64,000 nt of DNA from Calditrichia bacterium (GTDB taxonomy: Bacteria; Calditrichota; Calditrichia; RBG-13-44-9; J075): the NCBI GenBank assembly GCA_050633245.1, contig JBOEGD010000010.1:1-64000 (forward strand). The letters are read 5' to 3'. Under the pieces are notes generated by a model. The model was not told where the DNA came from. It did not search any database and was given only the letters and a program-made list of their open reading frames with translations. Of the stretch, positions 1-10,483 are shown piece by piece. The translations under genes were made by a program, and so were the position numbers. Position 1 is the stretch's first letter, and each line of letters begins with the position of its first letter.

Positions 1-1
1 G

Positions 2-259
2 CTTTCCGGCGGCGAACAGCAGCGCGTTGCTATTGCCAGGGCGTTAATTCATGAACCGGGGATCATTCTCGCTGATGAACCGACAGGGAATCTCGATGCT
101 GAAACCGGAGCAAAAGTGATTGATCTTCTCGATCGTTTGGTGCGACAGCGTGGAAGGACAATGATAATGGCAACGCATAGCCGAGATGTCATCGGGCTGG
201 CAAATCGCATATACGCCATGCAGGAAGGCACGCTGGTTTTACAGGAGCAGATGTCATGA
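2..259 (+). CDS. ABC transporter ATP-binding protein (LolD/MacB-like), C-terminal fragment, truncated by window start
   Basis: Frame 2 reads [15 protein letters not shown]...[11 protein letters not shown]...MATH (signature, Walker B, D-loop, H-loop); TGA at 257-259 overlaps the next ATG (ATGA). Confidence 0.93.
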   Translation, partial: LSGGEQQRVAIARALIHEPGIILADEPTGNLDAETGAKVIDLLDRLVRQRGRTMIMATHSRDVIGLANRIYAMQEGTLVLQEQMS

Positions 260-2805
260 AGATTCTGCGCAAATACAGTCTCCGCTATTTGCTAAAACAT
301 CCGTGGCAAATGGGGCTTTCCATATTGGGAATCGCACTTGGAGTCAGCGTGGTTATCGCTATCGACCTGGCAAATACCAGCGCCTCAAAGGCATTTGAGC
401 TTTCTATGGAGAGTGTTTCCGGAAAATCAACACATCAGGTCGTGGGCGGCTCGGCGGGAGTACCGGACTCCGTCTATCGCAAGCTCAAGGTTGAAAATGG
501 ACTGCGCAAAGCAGCTCCGGTTGTTGAAAAGTTTGTAACAGCCGGCGGAAAGCGCACCATGCATCTTTTAGGCGTCGATCTGTTTGCTGAGCGGCCATTC
601 CGCTCCTATCTGGACAGCCTTGATCTTTCCGGAAGCGGCCCCGGAATAAACGGACTAATGGCACAGCCCGGTAGCGCATTTATTTCAGCTGAGACAGCTG
701 AGATACTCGGCGTTTCCAGTGGAGATGATCTGAACATCGCCTATAGTGGAAAAACGACCGCGTTACGTATTCTGGGAACGCTAAATCCAACTAATGAACG
801 CAGTCGACGCGCTCTGGAAAATCTGATTATCTGCGATATTGCAACAGCTCAGGAAGCCCTGGATATGAACGGGCACATTAGCCATATCGATCTTATCCTT
901 CCCAACGAAAACAGCGGTAAACAAATTGAAGACGTCATTTGTGCTTCTCTGTCACAAGGCGTTCGTCTGCTTCCAACCGCTGCACGAAGTGGCGCGCAGG
1001 CACAGATGGCTGAAGCTTTTCACCTGAACTTAACCGCCCTCAGTCTATTGGCCTTAGTCGTCGGCATGTTTCTGATTTACAATACAATCACCTTCTCCGT
1101 CATTCAAAGACGCTCACATATCGGATTGCTAAGAGCCAATGGTGTTACCCGTCGCGAGATCATGCGGTTGATTATGGGGGAAGCAATTATCCTGGGAATC
1201 ATCGGAACAGCCATGGGGTTACTCCTCGGACTCTTACTCGGCAAGGGCATGCTCCTGTTAATTACCCGAACAATAAATGATCTTTACTTCGTGCTGAATG
1301 TTTCCGAAATGCAGATTCTGCCGATAAATCTACTGAAAGGTGCCGCTCTTGGAATAGGAGCCTCTCTGCTTGCAGCCTTTCAACCTGCTCGTGAGGCGAC
1401 ACGTACACCGGCTCGAAGTGCCATTTCAAGGTCAGCCATTGAACGATCGGTGCGTCAGCGAATTCCGCAAATGAGCCTGGCAGGACTACTCTTTATTTTA
1501 ATTGGGACAGTAATATTATGGCTGCCGCAAGGTAATCTTTGGCTGAGTTACGGCGGATTGCTTCCACTATTTCTTGGCTTTGCGCTACTAACCCCACTTG
1601 CAATCATCATATTCAGCAAGTTACTGGCACCTGTCACCGGAAAACTGTTTGGCCTGCTTGGCAGAATGGCTAGTCGCGATATCGCTTCGCAGCTAAGCCG
1701 AACCACCGTAGCAATTGCCGCTCTGGCCATCGCGGTAGCTGCAACAATTGGTGTTGGGACCATGGTAAACAGCTTTCGCTCTACAGTTGTGCACTGGCTT
1801 GAAACACGTCTGCAGGCCGACGTCTATGTTTCTCCTCCCAGTTTGGTTTCGCGCCGGAATGATGCGTTGTTGGATGAAGCGCTTTTGAAAAAGCTGATTG
1901 AGCTACCTGGTGTCGCCGGCGTGAATTTCTACCGTGAGAACCAGATTGCCTCCGGTGATAGCACAATTCATTTAATTGCAGCAGAGCTTACGCAAAAATC
2001 GCGAGATGGTTATCGTTTCAAGTCCGGTAATCCGGCCGACATCTGGCCTGCCTACATGAACGGGGAAGCCGTTATTATATCTGAACCCTACAGCTACCGG
2101 CATAACCTAAACGTCGGATCAACCATTCGCATTCCGACAGATAAAGGTGAACGGAGTTTTCCGGTCGCCGGTGTTTACTACGACTATGGTTCGGATATGG
2201 GATTAGTCTCACTTGCATTCGACAGCTATAAAAAACACTGGACAGATTTGCGGCCATCGGGCATTTCATTAATTGCTGCTGAAGGTATGAACGCCGATAC
2301 GCTAATTAGTCACGTCCGGGCGAAGATTCCGGCAGGGCAAGACGTTTTATTGCGATCCAACAGCTATCTGCGAACCATGTCGATTGAGATTTTTGATCGC
2401 ACCTTCTCCGTAATAAACGTGCTGCATTTACTCGCAATTGTTGTCGCATTTATCGGAATATTGAGCGCATTGATGTCTTTACAGCTGGAACGGACTCGCG
2501 AGCTTGGTATTTTGCGCGCAAATGGCGTTACGCCAAGTCAAATCCGCGGGCTGGTAACGCTGCAAACCGGAATGATGGGACTCATAGCCGGTATATTAGC
2601 TATTCCACTGGGCAATGTTCTTGCCTGGGTATTAATTTACATTGTCAACCAGAGATCGTTTGGCTGGACACTGCAGTTCGAGTTTATTCCGTCCGTCTTA
2701 GCGCAAGCTATGCTGGTTGCGATTGTTGCTGCAATTATTGCCGGTATTTATCCGGCGATAAAAATGTCTCGTTCGTCCCCGGCATTAGCATTGAGAGAAG
2801 AATAA
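256..2805 (+). CDS. ABC transporter permease, duplicated MacB/FtsX-type (AttF/G-like)
   Basis: 849 aa with two repeats of TM + periplasmic domain + 3 TM; IGLLRANG and LGILRANG FtsX motifs; translationally coupled to the ATPase. Confidence 0.9.
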   Translation: MKILRKYSLRYLLKHPWQMGLSILGIALGVSVVIAIDLANTSASKAFELSMESVSGKSTHQVVGGSAGVPDSVYRKLKVENGLRKAAPVVEKFVTAGGKRTMHLLGVDLFAERPFRSYLDSLDLSGSGPGINGLMAQPGSAFISAETAEILGVSSGDDLNIAYSGKTTALRILGTLNPTNERSRRALENLIICDIATAQEALDMNGHISHIDLILPNENSGKQIEDVICASLSQGVRLLPTAARSGAQAQMAEAFHLNLTALSLLALVVGMFLIYNTITFSVIQRRSHIGLLRANGVTRREIMRLIMGEAIILGIIGTAMGLLLGLLLGKGMLLLITRTINDLYFVLNVSEMQILPINLLKGAALGIGASLLAAFQPAREATRTPARSAISRSAIERSVRQRIPQMSLAGLLFILIGTVILWLPQGNLWLSYGGLLPLFLGFALLTPLAIIIFSKLLAPVTGKLFGLLGRMASRDIASQLSRTTVAIAALAIAVAATIGVGTMVNSFRSTVVHWLETRLQADVYVSPPSLVSRRNDALLDEALLKKLIELPGVAGVNFYRENQIASGDSTIHLIAAELTQKSRDGYRFKSGNPADIWPAYMNGEAVIISEPYSYRHNLNVGSTIRIPTDKGERSFPVAGVYYDYGSDMGLVSLAFDSYKKHWTDLRPSGISLIAAEGMNADTLISHVRAKIPAGQDVLLRSNSYLRTMSIEIFDRTFSVINVLHLLAIVVAFIGILSALMSLQLERTRELGILRANGVTPSQIRGLVTLQTGMMGLIAGILAIPLGNVLAWVLIYIVNQRSFGWTLQFEFIPSVLAQAMLVAIVAAIIAGIYPAIKMSRSSPALALREE

Positions 2806-2835
2806 TTTACACGATAAATAAAGAGTAGCGATATC

Positions 2836-3993
2836 ATGTTTAGAACCAGCTTAATAATTCTTGCAGTATTTGCAGCGTTGGCATTTGGCACCACCTATGT
2901 TCTTCAGTCTGATGCCGTTGTTCAGGTCTCTAATTCGGTGCGGGTTGCCGAAGCAATGAGTAGTAGCGATACCACCGGCTACGCTCGGGCAGTGGAAACC
3001 ATCGAGTTTGAGTTTCCGCAAGACCATGGCCCACATCCGGATTTCAAAACAGAATGGTGGTATTATACCGGAAATGTTAAGAGCAAGAGTGGCAGACGCT
3101 TTGGCTATCAATTCACCATTTTTCGCATCGCTCTCTCCCCTACTCCGGCAGAACGCACATCGGACTGGGCAACGTCTCAAATGTATATGGCGCACTTCGC
3201 CTTATCCGACCTCGATGGTGGAGAGTTCTATAGTTTCGAACGATTTAGCCGCGGAGCACAAGGTCTGGCGGGCGCGCAGTCGGTTCCTTTTCGCGTGTGG
3301 CTGGAGGATTGGCAGACAAAAAATGCACCGGGTAGCAAACCGTTATTTCCGAAACATTTTCTCTCTGCCTCCGGAAAGAATGTCTCAATAAACTTGACGC
3401 TTGAAAGTACGAAACCGCTGGTCTATCAAGGCAAAAACGGCCTTAGTCAAAAGAGTAGTGAGCGTGGAAATGCCTCTTATTATTATTCTATGACGCGTAT
3501 TAAGACCGATGGCACAATTACGATTGGCGATGAAGAGTTTGAGGTATTCGGTTGGTCCTGGAAAGATCGCGAATGGAGTACCAGCGCGCTGGCGGAAGGA
3601 CAGGTTGGCTGGGATTGGTTTTCGCTACAGCTCTCGAATGGTGAAGAGATCATGTTTTTCCAGCTGCGAAACGAAGATATATCCAGGCCCCCCTTTAGCA
3701 AAGGAACGGTTGTATATAAGGACGGGCAATCGCGTCAGATAAAGAACGGTGAGGTTCTTTTAGAAGAGCTGTCGATCTGGGAGAGCCCGCACGGCGGAAA
3801 GTATCCGGCGCGCTGGCGTTTTCAGATTCCCGCAGATTCTGTTGACATTGAAATTCGCTCCAATTTACCCGATCAAGAGCTGGATGTTTCGGTGCGTTAT
3901 TGGGAAGGCTCTGTTTCTATCGATGGCAAGCGTGGCAGCAGCAGTATCTCCGGCCACGGCTATGTTGAGATGACGGGGTATGGGGATAGATGA
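2836..3993 (+). CDS. AttH/CrtC-like lipocalin-fold secreted protein
   Basis: FPQDHGPHPDFKTEWWYYTG, W-x-DREWS, GWDWFSLQL, YWEG and GYVEMTGY motifs; N-terminal hydrophobic anchor; follows ABC ATPase/permease as in attEFGH-like loci. Confidence 0.85.
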   Translation: MFRTSLIILAVFAALAFGTTYVLQSDAVVQVSNSVRVAEAMSSSDTTGYARAVETIEFEFPQDHGPHPDFKTEWWYYTGNVKSKSGRRFGYQFTIFRIALSPTPAERTSDWATSQMYMAHFALSDLDGGEFYSFERFSRGAQGLAGAQSVPFRVWLEDWQTKNAPGSKPLFPKHFLSASGKNVSINLTLESTKPLVYQGKNGLSQKSSERGNASYYYSMTRIKTDGTITIGDEEFEVFGWSWKDREWSTSALAEGQVGWDWFSLQLSNGEEIMFFQLRNEDISRPPFSKGTVVYKDGQSRQIKNGEVLLEELSIWESPHGGKYPARWRFQIPADSVDIEIRSNLPDQELDVSVRYWEGSVSIDGKRGSSSISGHGYVEMTGYGDR

Positions 3994-4139
3994 GTGGGTG
4001 AGCGGGAGAGCGGGCGAAAAGGCGGCAAACAACAGACGGCAGAGAACGGACTTCAGAGTAAATTGCCTCATTGCCTCATTGCCTCATTGCCGTCTTTCAC
4101 TTTTCACTTTTCACTTTTCACTTTTCACTTTTCACTTTT
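3992..4139. repeat. Composite short tandem repeat tract (8-mers and 7-mers) between convergent genes
   Basis: GAGYGGGN x3 (3992-4015), degenerate AGACGGC/AGAGAAC 7-mers (~4020-4047), ATTGCCTC x3.7 (4062-4091), TTTCACT x6 (4095-4136). Confidence 0.9.
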
Positions 4140-4155
4140 ATGAACTCTGAACAAT

Positions 4156-5442
4156 TCAAACCTTTTTCGCCAGCAAAATCTTGTGTCGCATTTCAACAGA
4201 TTTACGGTGCCCCTGCAGGCCCTCAGCGGAAGCAAGCGTTTTTGCAGCATCTCCGATGTGCTTCAATCCTTCTTCATTCACCGATAATGTGGTTTGCAGT
4301 TTTATAAAATCCAACACACTTAACCCCGCGCGATAGCGAGCAGTCGTATTCGTAGGCAGCGTATGATTAATTCCACTACTATAGTCACCTAAAACTTCGG
4401 CTGTAAGTTCACCAATAAACAGTGACCCATAGTTCGTCAGGTGCGATACAATCATATCCGGATTCTGTACTTGAATTTCAAGATGCTCCGGCGCACGACG
4501 ATTACTAATATCAATCGCTTCAATCATATCAGGCACTAAAATAATTGCACCATTGCGCGCCATCGATTCATAGGCAATGTCGGCGGTTCCCAGTGAGAGC
4601 AGCTGGAGTTTTATATGATGAACAACAGATTGTGCCAGTTTCTCGGACGTGGTAACCAGAATGGGGCTGGCATCACGATCGTGCTCAGCCTGAGCAATTA
4701 AGTCAGAAGCAACAACTTCCGGCCTTGCCGTTTCGTCGGCAATAATGAGAACTTCTGTCGGCCCGGCGATCATATCGATTCCCACAACACCAAAGACTTC
4801 TTTTTTCGCCTGCGCAACATACTTATTGCCCGGTCCGACAATTTTGTCAACACGCTTTACGCTGTCTGTGCCATAGGCAAGGGCCGCGATCGCATGTGCA
4901 CCACCCATAGCATAGATCTCGTCTATTCCAAGAATATCAGCGGCCACAACAATTGCAGGATGAACCGTTCCATTGGCAGTTGGAGGTGAGCAGACACAAA
5001 TTTGTTCAACTCCGGCAATTCGTGCCGGCACTGCGCCCATCAACAAGCTGGAGATAAGTGGAAATCCACCACCGGGAACATAAACAGCTACCCGCTCCAA
5101 AGGCTGTACACGCTGTCCGGCAGTCACTCCGGGCTGCACGTCCATCTCAAAGTCTTTAAAGGGTTCCATTTGCCGGGTGGCAAAGGTTTCCAAGTTTGCA
5201 ATCGACGTGCGAATTGCATCCTGAGTTGCCTGATCGACAGACTCGTAAGCTGCTGCAATCTTGTCTTTGGGATAGCGCAACGTCTCTAACGTAACGCCAT
5301 CGAACTGCATCGTATAGTCGACAATTGCCTGGTCTCCACGTAACCGAACGTCATCAATAATTTCTTTTACTGAGGCCACATCTTCTAATTCGCGATAAAT
5401 AAAAAATCCGTTCGGCAAATCCACACTGCGGATAATTCTCAT
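4156..5442 (-). CDS. hisD: Histidinol dehydrogenase
   Basis: YVPGG, KIVGPGNKYV, IDMIAGPTE, AQAEHD, APEHL and GDYSSGINHTLPT motifs. Confidence 0.97.
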   Translation of the reverse strand: MRIIRSVDLPNGFFIYRELEDVASVKEIIDDVRLRGDQAIVDYTMQFDGVTLETLRYPKDKIAAAYESVDQATQDAIRTSIANLETFATRQMEPFKDFEMDVQPGVTAGQRVQPLERVAVYVPGGGFPLISSLLMGAVPARIAGVEQICVCSPPTANGTVHPAIVVAADILGIDEIYAMGGAHAIAALAYGTDSVKRVDKIVGPGNKYVAQAKKEVFGVVGIDMIAGPTEVLIIADETARPEVVASDLIAQAEHDRDASPILVTTSEKLAQSVVHHIKLQLLSLGTADIAYESMARNGAIILVPDMIEAIDISNRRAPEHLEIQVQNPDMIVSHLTNYGSLFIGELTAEVLGDYSSGINHTLPTNTTARYRAGLSVLDFIKLQTTLSVNEEGLKHIGDAAKTLASAEGLQGHRKSVEMRHKILLAKKV

Positions 5443-6686
5443 TTAAATCTCCTTCGGCGGAGCTCATGCAGCACCTCCGATATGGTTACTTTCTTACTAG
5501 CCATTAAAACGGTTAAAAAATATAGAACGTCTGCTGCTTCCCAGACAATATGGTCGTGTTCTTCAGCTTCAATTACTTCCTGCGCTTCTTCAAGCAGCTT
5601 TTCTGCAAGAAGGTCCCCCTCAAGCAGTTTTGCGGTATATGAACCCGGTGTTGGCTTCTCCAGTCGCTCGCCAATCACATCATACAGTTCCGTCCATGAA
5701 AAATTTCGTTCTCCATAGCAAGAATATGATCCGGAATGACAGGCAACATCTGTCTGGTCTACCACAGCAAGTAAGGAATCGCGATCACAATCTGTACGCA
5801 ACGTCTTTAGTTGCTGAAAATGCCCGCTGGTTTCCCCTTTCACCCAAAGTGAATCGCGTGAACGTGAATAGTAGCACATCATACTTTCAGCGAGGGTCTT
5901 GCGAACCGCTTCGCGATTTGCAAATGCCTGCATTAACACTTGTCCATGTGAATCCTGTGTAATAACAGGCAATAAATCACTCTTCCAGTTGAGTGATGAC
6001 ACAAATGCATCAGCCAAATTAATCTTGCCGGTGTAAAGCGCCATACCGAGCTGAACATCCATATTCAATTTTGCAAGCTCTTCAATTTCATCAAGCGTGC
6101 TGACACCACCAGCAGCGGTAATCTTTACGTTTGTTGCCTCAGATAGCTCTTTCAGTTGGGCGAGATCGATTCCATCCATCATGCCCTCGCGTTCTACACA
6201 GGTGCAGAGAAATCCGCCGGCATACTCTTCAAGAGCCTTTGCAGCATCCATTAAGCGAATGCCTGTTTTATGCTTCCAGCCACGCGTAACGATTTCGCCG
6301 TGTAATACATCAACAGCAATAATAAGGCGGTCACGTGAAATCGCCTGAACCAGCTCTTCAAGAAAACCGGTATTTATCTTATCTTCTTCAAATGCTTTGC
6401 TTCCAATAATAACCTTACTTGCCCCAAACGAGATAAGCTCTTTAGCTTGAGAAACACTGCGTATACCACCGCCAACGCGACAAGGTGCCACTTTCAGCAA
6501 TTCGCGAATCAGCTCATTATTATGCGTTTCTCCCATTGCTGCATCCAGATCGATAACCGCAACTTCGCCATAGCGATGAAACTCTTTTACAAGTTCAATC
6601 GGATTGTCACGTTCGAGAACACGCTCTTTGCCCTGTCTGAGCTGCACGGCCTTGCCATTCTGTAAATCTATAGATGCGACTACCAT
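5439..6686 (-). CDS. hisA-hisIE: Fused HisA (ProFAR isomerase) - HisI (PR-AMP cyclohydrolase) - HisE (PR-ATP pyrophosphatase)
   Basis: N-terminal TIM barrel (SIDL, VIDLD, VGGGIRS, AAGGV); then YYSRSR...[17 protein letters not shown]...SC (HisI); then GSYTAKL...EEAQE...WEAADVLY (HisE). Confidence 0.9.
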   Translation of the reverse strand: MVVASIDLQNGKAVQLRQGKERVLERDNPIELVKEFHRYGEVAVIDLDAAMGETHNNELIRELLKVAPCRVGGGIRSVSQAKELISFGASKVIIGSKAFEEDKINTGFLEELVQAISRDRLIIAVDVLHGEIVTRGWKHKTGIRLMDAAKALEEYAGGFLCTCVEREGMMDGIDLAQLKELSEATNVKITAAGGVSTLDEIEELAKLNMDVQLGMALYTGKINLADAFVSSLNWKSDLLPVITQDSHGQVLMQAFANREAVRKTLAESMMCYYSRSRDSLWVKGETSGHFQQLKTLRTDCDRDSLLAVVDQTDVACHSGSYSCYGERNFSWTELYDVIGERLEKPTPGSYTAKLLEGDLLAEKLLEEAQEVIEAEEHDHIVWEAADVLYFLTVLMASKKVTISEVLHELRRRRFK

Positions 6687-7435
6687 CGTATCGATACCCC
6701 CTCTTCCTGCAGTTCAGATTTAATCTGTTCAACCGTATACTCTCCAAAGTGCAATAGAGAAGCCAATAAGACAGCATCACATTTTCCTTCGTGCACCACA
6801 TCAGCCATTTGCTTTGTGGTTCCAGCGCCACCTGAGGCAATCACCGGAATACTGACGCGCTCAGAAACCTGGCGTACCAGCTCAATATCATATCCGGCTC
6901 TGGTTCCGTCGCGATCAATTGAATTCAACAGAATTTCACCGGCTCCGCGCTCTTCGGCCTCAACAGCCCATTGCAGTACGTCACGTTCGCTTTGCTTACG
7001 TCCACCATGTGTGTAGGCAAACCAGGTGTCGCCATGCTGCTTGGCATCGATAGACAAGACAATACACTGTGCGCCAAAGGCATAAGCACCTTCATTTAGC
7101 AAATCGGGATTTTTAATCGCCGCTGTGCACATCGCAATTTTATCGGCACCGGCATGAAGGGACTGGCGCATATCCTCCACGCTGCGAACGCCGCCCCCAA
7201 CAGTAAGCGGAATAAACACCTCTCGGGAAACGCGCTCTACCACATCCAACATGGTTTCACGGCTTTTATGCGATGCACCGATATCCAGAAAGACCAATTC
7301 GTCAGCATTCTGATCGTTATAGTAACGAGCGAGCTCCACCGGATCTCCCGCGTCCATAATGTCTTTGAACTTAATTCCCTTCACCACACGTCCTTCATCG
7401 ACGTCCAGACAGGGGATGATGCGTGTTGCCAGCAT
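6680..7435 (-). CDS. hisF: Imidazole glycerol phosphate synthase cyclase subunit
   Basis: [12 protein letters not shown]...[28 protein letters not shown]; start moved to ATG 7435 (GGAGG upstream). Confidence 0.97.
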   Translation of the reverse strand: MLATRIIPCLDVDEGRVVKGIKFKDIMDAGDPVELARYYNDQNADELVFLDIGASHKSRETMLDVVERVSREVFIPLTVGGGVRSVEDMRQSLHAGADKIAMCTAAIKNPDLLNEGAYAFGAQCIVLSIDAKQHGDTWFAYTHGGRKQSERDVLQWAVEAEERGAGEILLNSIDRDGTRAGYDIELVRQVSERVSIPVIASGGAGTTKQMADVVHEGKCDAVLLASLLHFGEYTVEQIKSELQEEGVSIRW

Positions 7436-7578
7436 AATTCGGTTACCTCCAGCCACTTCCCGGCAGGAAAGTAGCGAAAAATACAAAGTTATTTCAGTTG
7501 ATTTGACGGACAGGTCAAAAATTCCGGGCGAATGATTTTAACGCGCTGTAAATCTACGGTCAAAACCGCGGTAGTGTC

Positions 7579-8181
7579 TTAGGAATACAACTCGACCCAA
7601 TTTTTTAGAAGCTGCATGCCGTTCGCAGCGCTCTTTTCGGGATGAAACTGCACCGCATGAACTCGGCCATGCTCTACCGCAGAAGCATACTGCACCCCAT
7701 AGTCGGTTGTTGAGCTAATAGTAGTCTCATCATCCGGCTTTACATAAAAACTATGCAGAAAATAGAAGAATGGGTCCTCAGGAAGATCTTTAAACAAAGC
7801 AGAGTCGTTTTGCGTTTGAATGCGATTCCAGCCAATTTGCGGCACCTTGTGCATGGTAAATCGCGGCACGCTTCCCTTAAAAAAACCTAAACCCTTAATG
7901 CCGGGAGACTCATCACCTTCTTCAAAAAGAAGCTGCATGCCAACACAAATCCCCAGAAAGGGTTTGTCCGCACGCAACCAGGCTAAGGTTGGCTCAAACA
8001 ACGAGCGCTTGTGCAACTCTTTCACCGAAGCCTCAAAGCTACCTACTCCGGGAAGAATAACCTGGCTGACGTGGCTGAACTTGCTATCATCTTTTAACAA
8101 AATACTTTCAACACCAAGATGTTCCAACGCGCGAACAACTGAACGCAGATTCCCGGCGCCATAATCGATTACGCCAATCAC
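7579..8181 (-). CDS. hisH: Imidazole glycerol phosphate synthase glutaminase subunit
   Basis: IDYGAGNL, LPGVG, LGICVGMQ, YFLHSF, QFHPEKS; GTG start at 8181 overlaps the hisB stop (GTGA). Confidence 0.96.
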   Translation of the reverse strand: MIGVIDYGAGNLRSVVRALEHLGVESILLKDDSKFSHVSQVILPGVGSFEASVKELHKRSLFEPTLAWLRADKPFLGICVGMQLLFEEGDESPGIKGLGFFKGSVPRFTMHKVPQIGWNRIQTQNDSALFKDLPEDPFFYFLHSFYVKPDDETTISSTTDYGVQYASAVEHGRVHAVQFHPEKSAANGMQLLKNWVELYS

Positions 8182-8765
8182 AGTGCCCCCTTGGTGCTGG
8201 GAATGTCTTCCGGTGAGCGCGGGTCGATTTCGCAAGCCATGCGCATTGCTTTAGCAAAGGCTTTGAAAACGGCCTCGACCTTATGATGATCCGAACGACC
8301 ATAATGTATCTTCACGTGTAGATTAATGCCCAGCGCATTCACAAAGCCAAGGAAGAAGTCTTCCAACAGCTCTAGTTCTAACTCGCCCACCTTAAGGTTT
8401 TTAAACTCGGCATCCCAGTGCAAATGCGGACGCCCTGAAATATCGACAGCTACTGTGGCAAGTGCCTCATCCATTGGATAGACAAAAAATCCGGCGCGAC
8501 GAATACCACGCTTCTCTCCCAGCGCTTCTTTAAAGGCCTGTCCCAGGACAATACCGCTGTCTTCCACGGTATGATGTCCATCTACCTCAAGATCGCCCTT
8601 GATTTTCATCGCAATATCAAACAAGCCATGACGCGCCAGCGTGTTCAGCATGTGATTCAAAAAGCCGATCTCGGAGGAAATCGTTCCCTTGCCGCTGCCG
8701 TCCAGGTTTAACCTGAGTGCTATAGTTGTCTCGCTGGTTTTGCGCTTGATTTCCGCTTTACGCAT
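8178..8765 (-). CDS. hisB: Imidazoleglycerol-phosphate dehydratase (monofunctional)
   Basis: RKTSET, FLNHML, DGHHTVED, SDHHKVEAVFKA, IPSTKG; no N-terminal phosphatase domain. Confidence 0.97.
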   Translation of the reverse strand: MRKAEIKRKTSETTIALRLNLDGSGKGTISSEIGFLNHMLNTLARHGLFDIAMKIKGDLEVDGHHTVEDSGIVLGQAFKEALGEKRGIRRAGFFVYPMDEALATVAVDISGRPHLHWDAEFKNLKVGELELELLEDFFLGFVNALGINLHVKIHYGRSDHHKVEAVFKAFAKAMRMACEIDPRSPEDIPSTKGAL

Positions 8766-10483
8766 TACAGCACCTCTTTTAATTGATTGACGTTTGTTAA
8801 AACGCTTGCGGCTCCTTCAGCAGCCAACAACGTTTCCATTTCTTTATCATGCTGCGACTGCGGTGCCAACACGCCAATTGCGCGCATACCGGCAGACTTA
8901 GCGGCCTTCATATCGTCTACCGTATCTCCAAGGTAGATAGCGCGATGCACACCTAGCTTTTGCTTTGCCAGCTGCAGCCCATGAGGTTGTGGTTTTTGCT
9001 TCTCCCCCATATCTTCCATGGCTATCAGCGCTTTAATATGGCCTGCCGAATCATGTCGGCGGAGTACGTATTCGGCTTCTTCGCGCGGACGTCCCGTTAC
9101 AACACCGAGTGAATAGCGACTTGCGAGGTCTGCCAGGAGCTGAGCTGAGAGCAGCCATTCTTCACCGGCAATGAGCCCATCGAAATTGGCTCCGCGATAG
9201 ATTTTCTGAAAGACATCAATAATCTTGTCACGGTCTGTGGGCTTTCCACGTTCCGCCAACAGAGCTTCGGTGCAGTCCCAGTCATTATTGAAGCCGCCAC
9301 GTCGCTTTAATGATTCAATTTGTTCAAAAGATACATCAGCACCTAAAAAATGTTCGGCAGTCTGTTTTATCGCCATGCGATACGATCGAGATTCATCGAC
9401 CAACACGCCATCCATATCAAACAAAATCGCTTGTGGAGAAAGCACTTCCGCTAATGCATTCAGCAGAGCGTCGTTTTGCTCTCGCATACCGATGGCCACG
9501 CGAAAGCAGCCTCCCAGATTTGGCAGTTTGTTCAGGTTCTTCACCAGAATACCACGATCAATCAACGCTTTATGCACACGATCAGACTCATCCCCAATTT
9601 GCAGAAGATGGAAATTGGCAGCAGCACCTCGGCATTCAAGGCCAAGCTTTTCAAAGCCAACGCGAACATAATTGCGTTCAACCTCCAGTTCGGCGACAAC
9701 GCCTTCAAGAAAGGATTTGTCACTCATTGCAGCAGAAGCAGCGATAACGGCAAGACCATTAACAGAGAATGGCGGATTCACCTTGCGCATTTGCTCGATA
9801 AATGCCGGACAAGCAGCCGTTACTCCAATGCGCAAACCAGCCAGACCGTACGCTTTCGAAAATGAACGCAGCACAATCAGGTTGTCATATTTGGCTTGGA
9901 GATCGAGACAGCTTTCGCCCAAAAAGTGGGTATAGGTCTCGTCAAGCATTACCAGCGTATTTGGCGTATGTTCCAGCAAGCGAATCAGCTGTTCGCGAGA
10001 AATAACCGCTCCGCATGGACTGTCTGGTCTTACCACCGCGACCAGACGCGTCGCATCATTTATTTCTGCTATAAATTTGTCTATTGGAAAGGACAGATCG
10101 GCTTCGTAGACGATTTGCTGCACGTCCGCGCCAACAACACGAGCATGTAAATCGATCATCCCAAAGCTGGGATAGGCGAGCAGCACCTGGTCTGCAGGAT
10201 CGATAAATGTTTGCATAACTGCACGAATTGCATCATCAGCGCCATTGGATATTAACAGCTGCTCCTGAGGCACTTCGAGGAACTGCGAAAGCTGCTTCAT
10301 AAACCCATTGTAGTCTGGATAAGCAATAACCTCGAGGTCATCGATTCTGTTCAGCGCCTCCATGACGGTGGGTGAACAACCCCACAGGCTCTCATTCAGA
10401 TCGAGGCGAATTTTATCCTTTCGCGTTGTAGCAATCAGCGGGTAGGCAGCAACATCCTGAACAGACTGTCTGGCCTTAATCAT
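8765..10483 (-). CDS. hisC: Histidinol-phosphate aminotransferase fused to a C-terminal HAD hydrolase (TIGR01548-like)
   Basis: LDLNE, SNGADD, LDETY, RSFSKAYGLAGLRIG (PLP lysine); then FDMDGVLVD, GGFNNDWD, VTGRP, KPQP, YLGDTVDD (HAD motifs I-IV). Confidence 0.9.
   Translation of the reverse strand: MIKARQSVQDVAAYPLIATTRKDKIRLDLNESLWGCSPTVMEALNRIDDLEVIAYPDYNGFMKQLSQFLEVPQEQLLISNGADDAIRAVMQTFIDPADQVLLAYPSFGMIDLHARVVGADVQQIVYEADLSFPIDKFIAEINDATRLVAVVRPDSPCGAVISREQLIRLLEHTPNTLVMLDETYTHFLGESCLDLQAKYDNLIVLRSFSKAYGLAGLRIGVTAACPAFIEQMRKVNPPFSVNGLAVIAASAAMSDKSFLEGVVAELEVERNYVRVGFEKLGLECRGAAANFHLLQIGDESDRVHKALIDRGILVKNLNKLPNLGGCFRVAIGMREQNDALLNALAEVLSPQAILFDMDGVLVDESRSYRMAIKQTAEHFLGADVSFEQIESLKRRGGFNNDWDCTEALLAERGKPTDRDKIIDVFQKIYRGANFDGLIAGEEWLLSAQLLADLASRYSLGVVTGRPREEAEYVLRRHDSAGHIKALIAMEDMGEKQKPQPHGLQLAKQKLGVHRAIYLGDTVDDMKAAKSAGMRAIGVLAPQSQHDKEMETLLAAEGAASVLTNVNQLKEVL

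Noticed and set aside
4071-4307. ORF with FHFSLFT repeats (likewise 11560..11886, 11609..11914, 47704..48003, 47806..48048)
   Set aside because: These are translations of the heptamer tracts overlapping real genes; no RBS or protein-like content.
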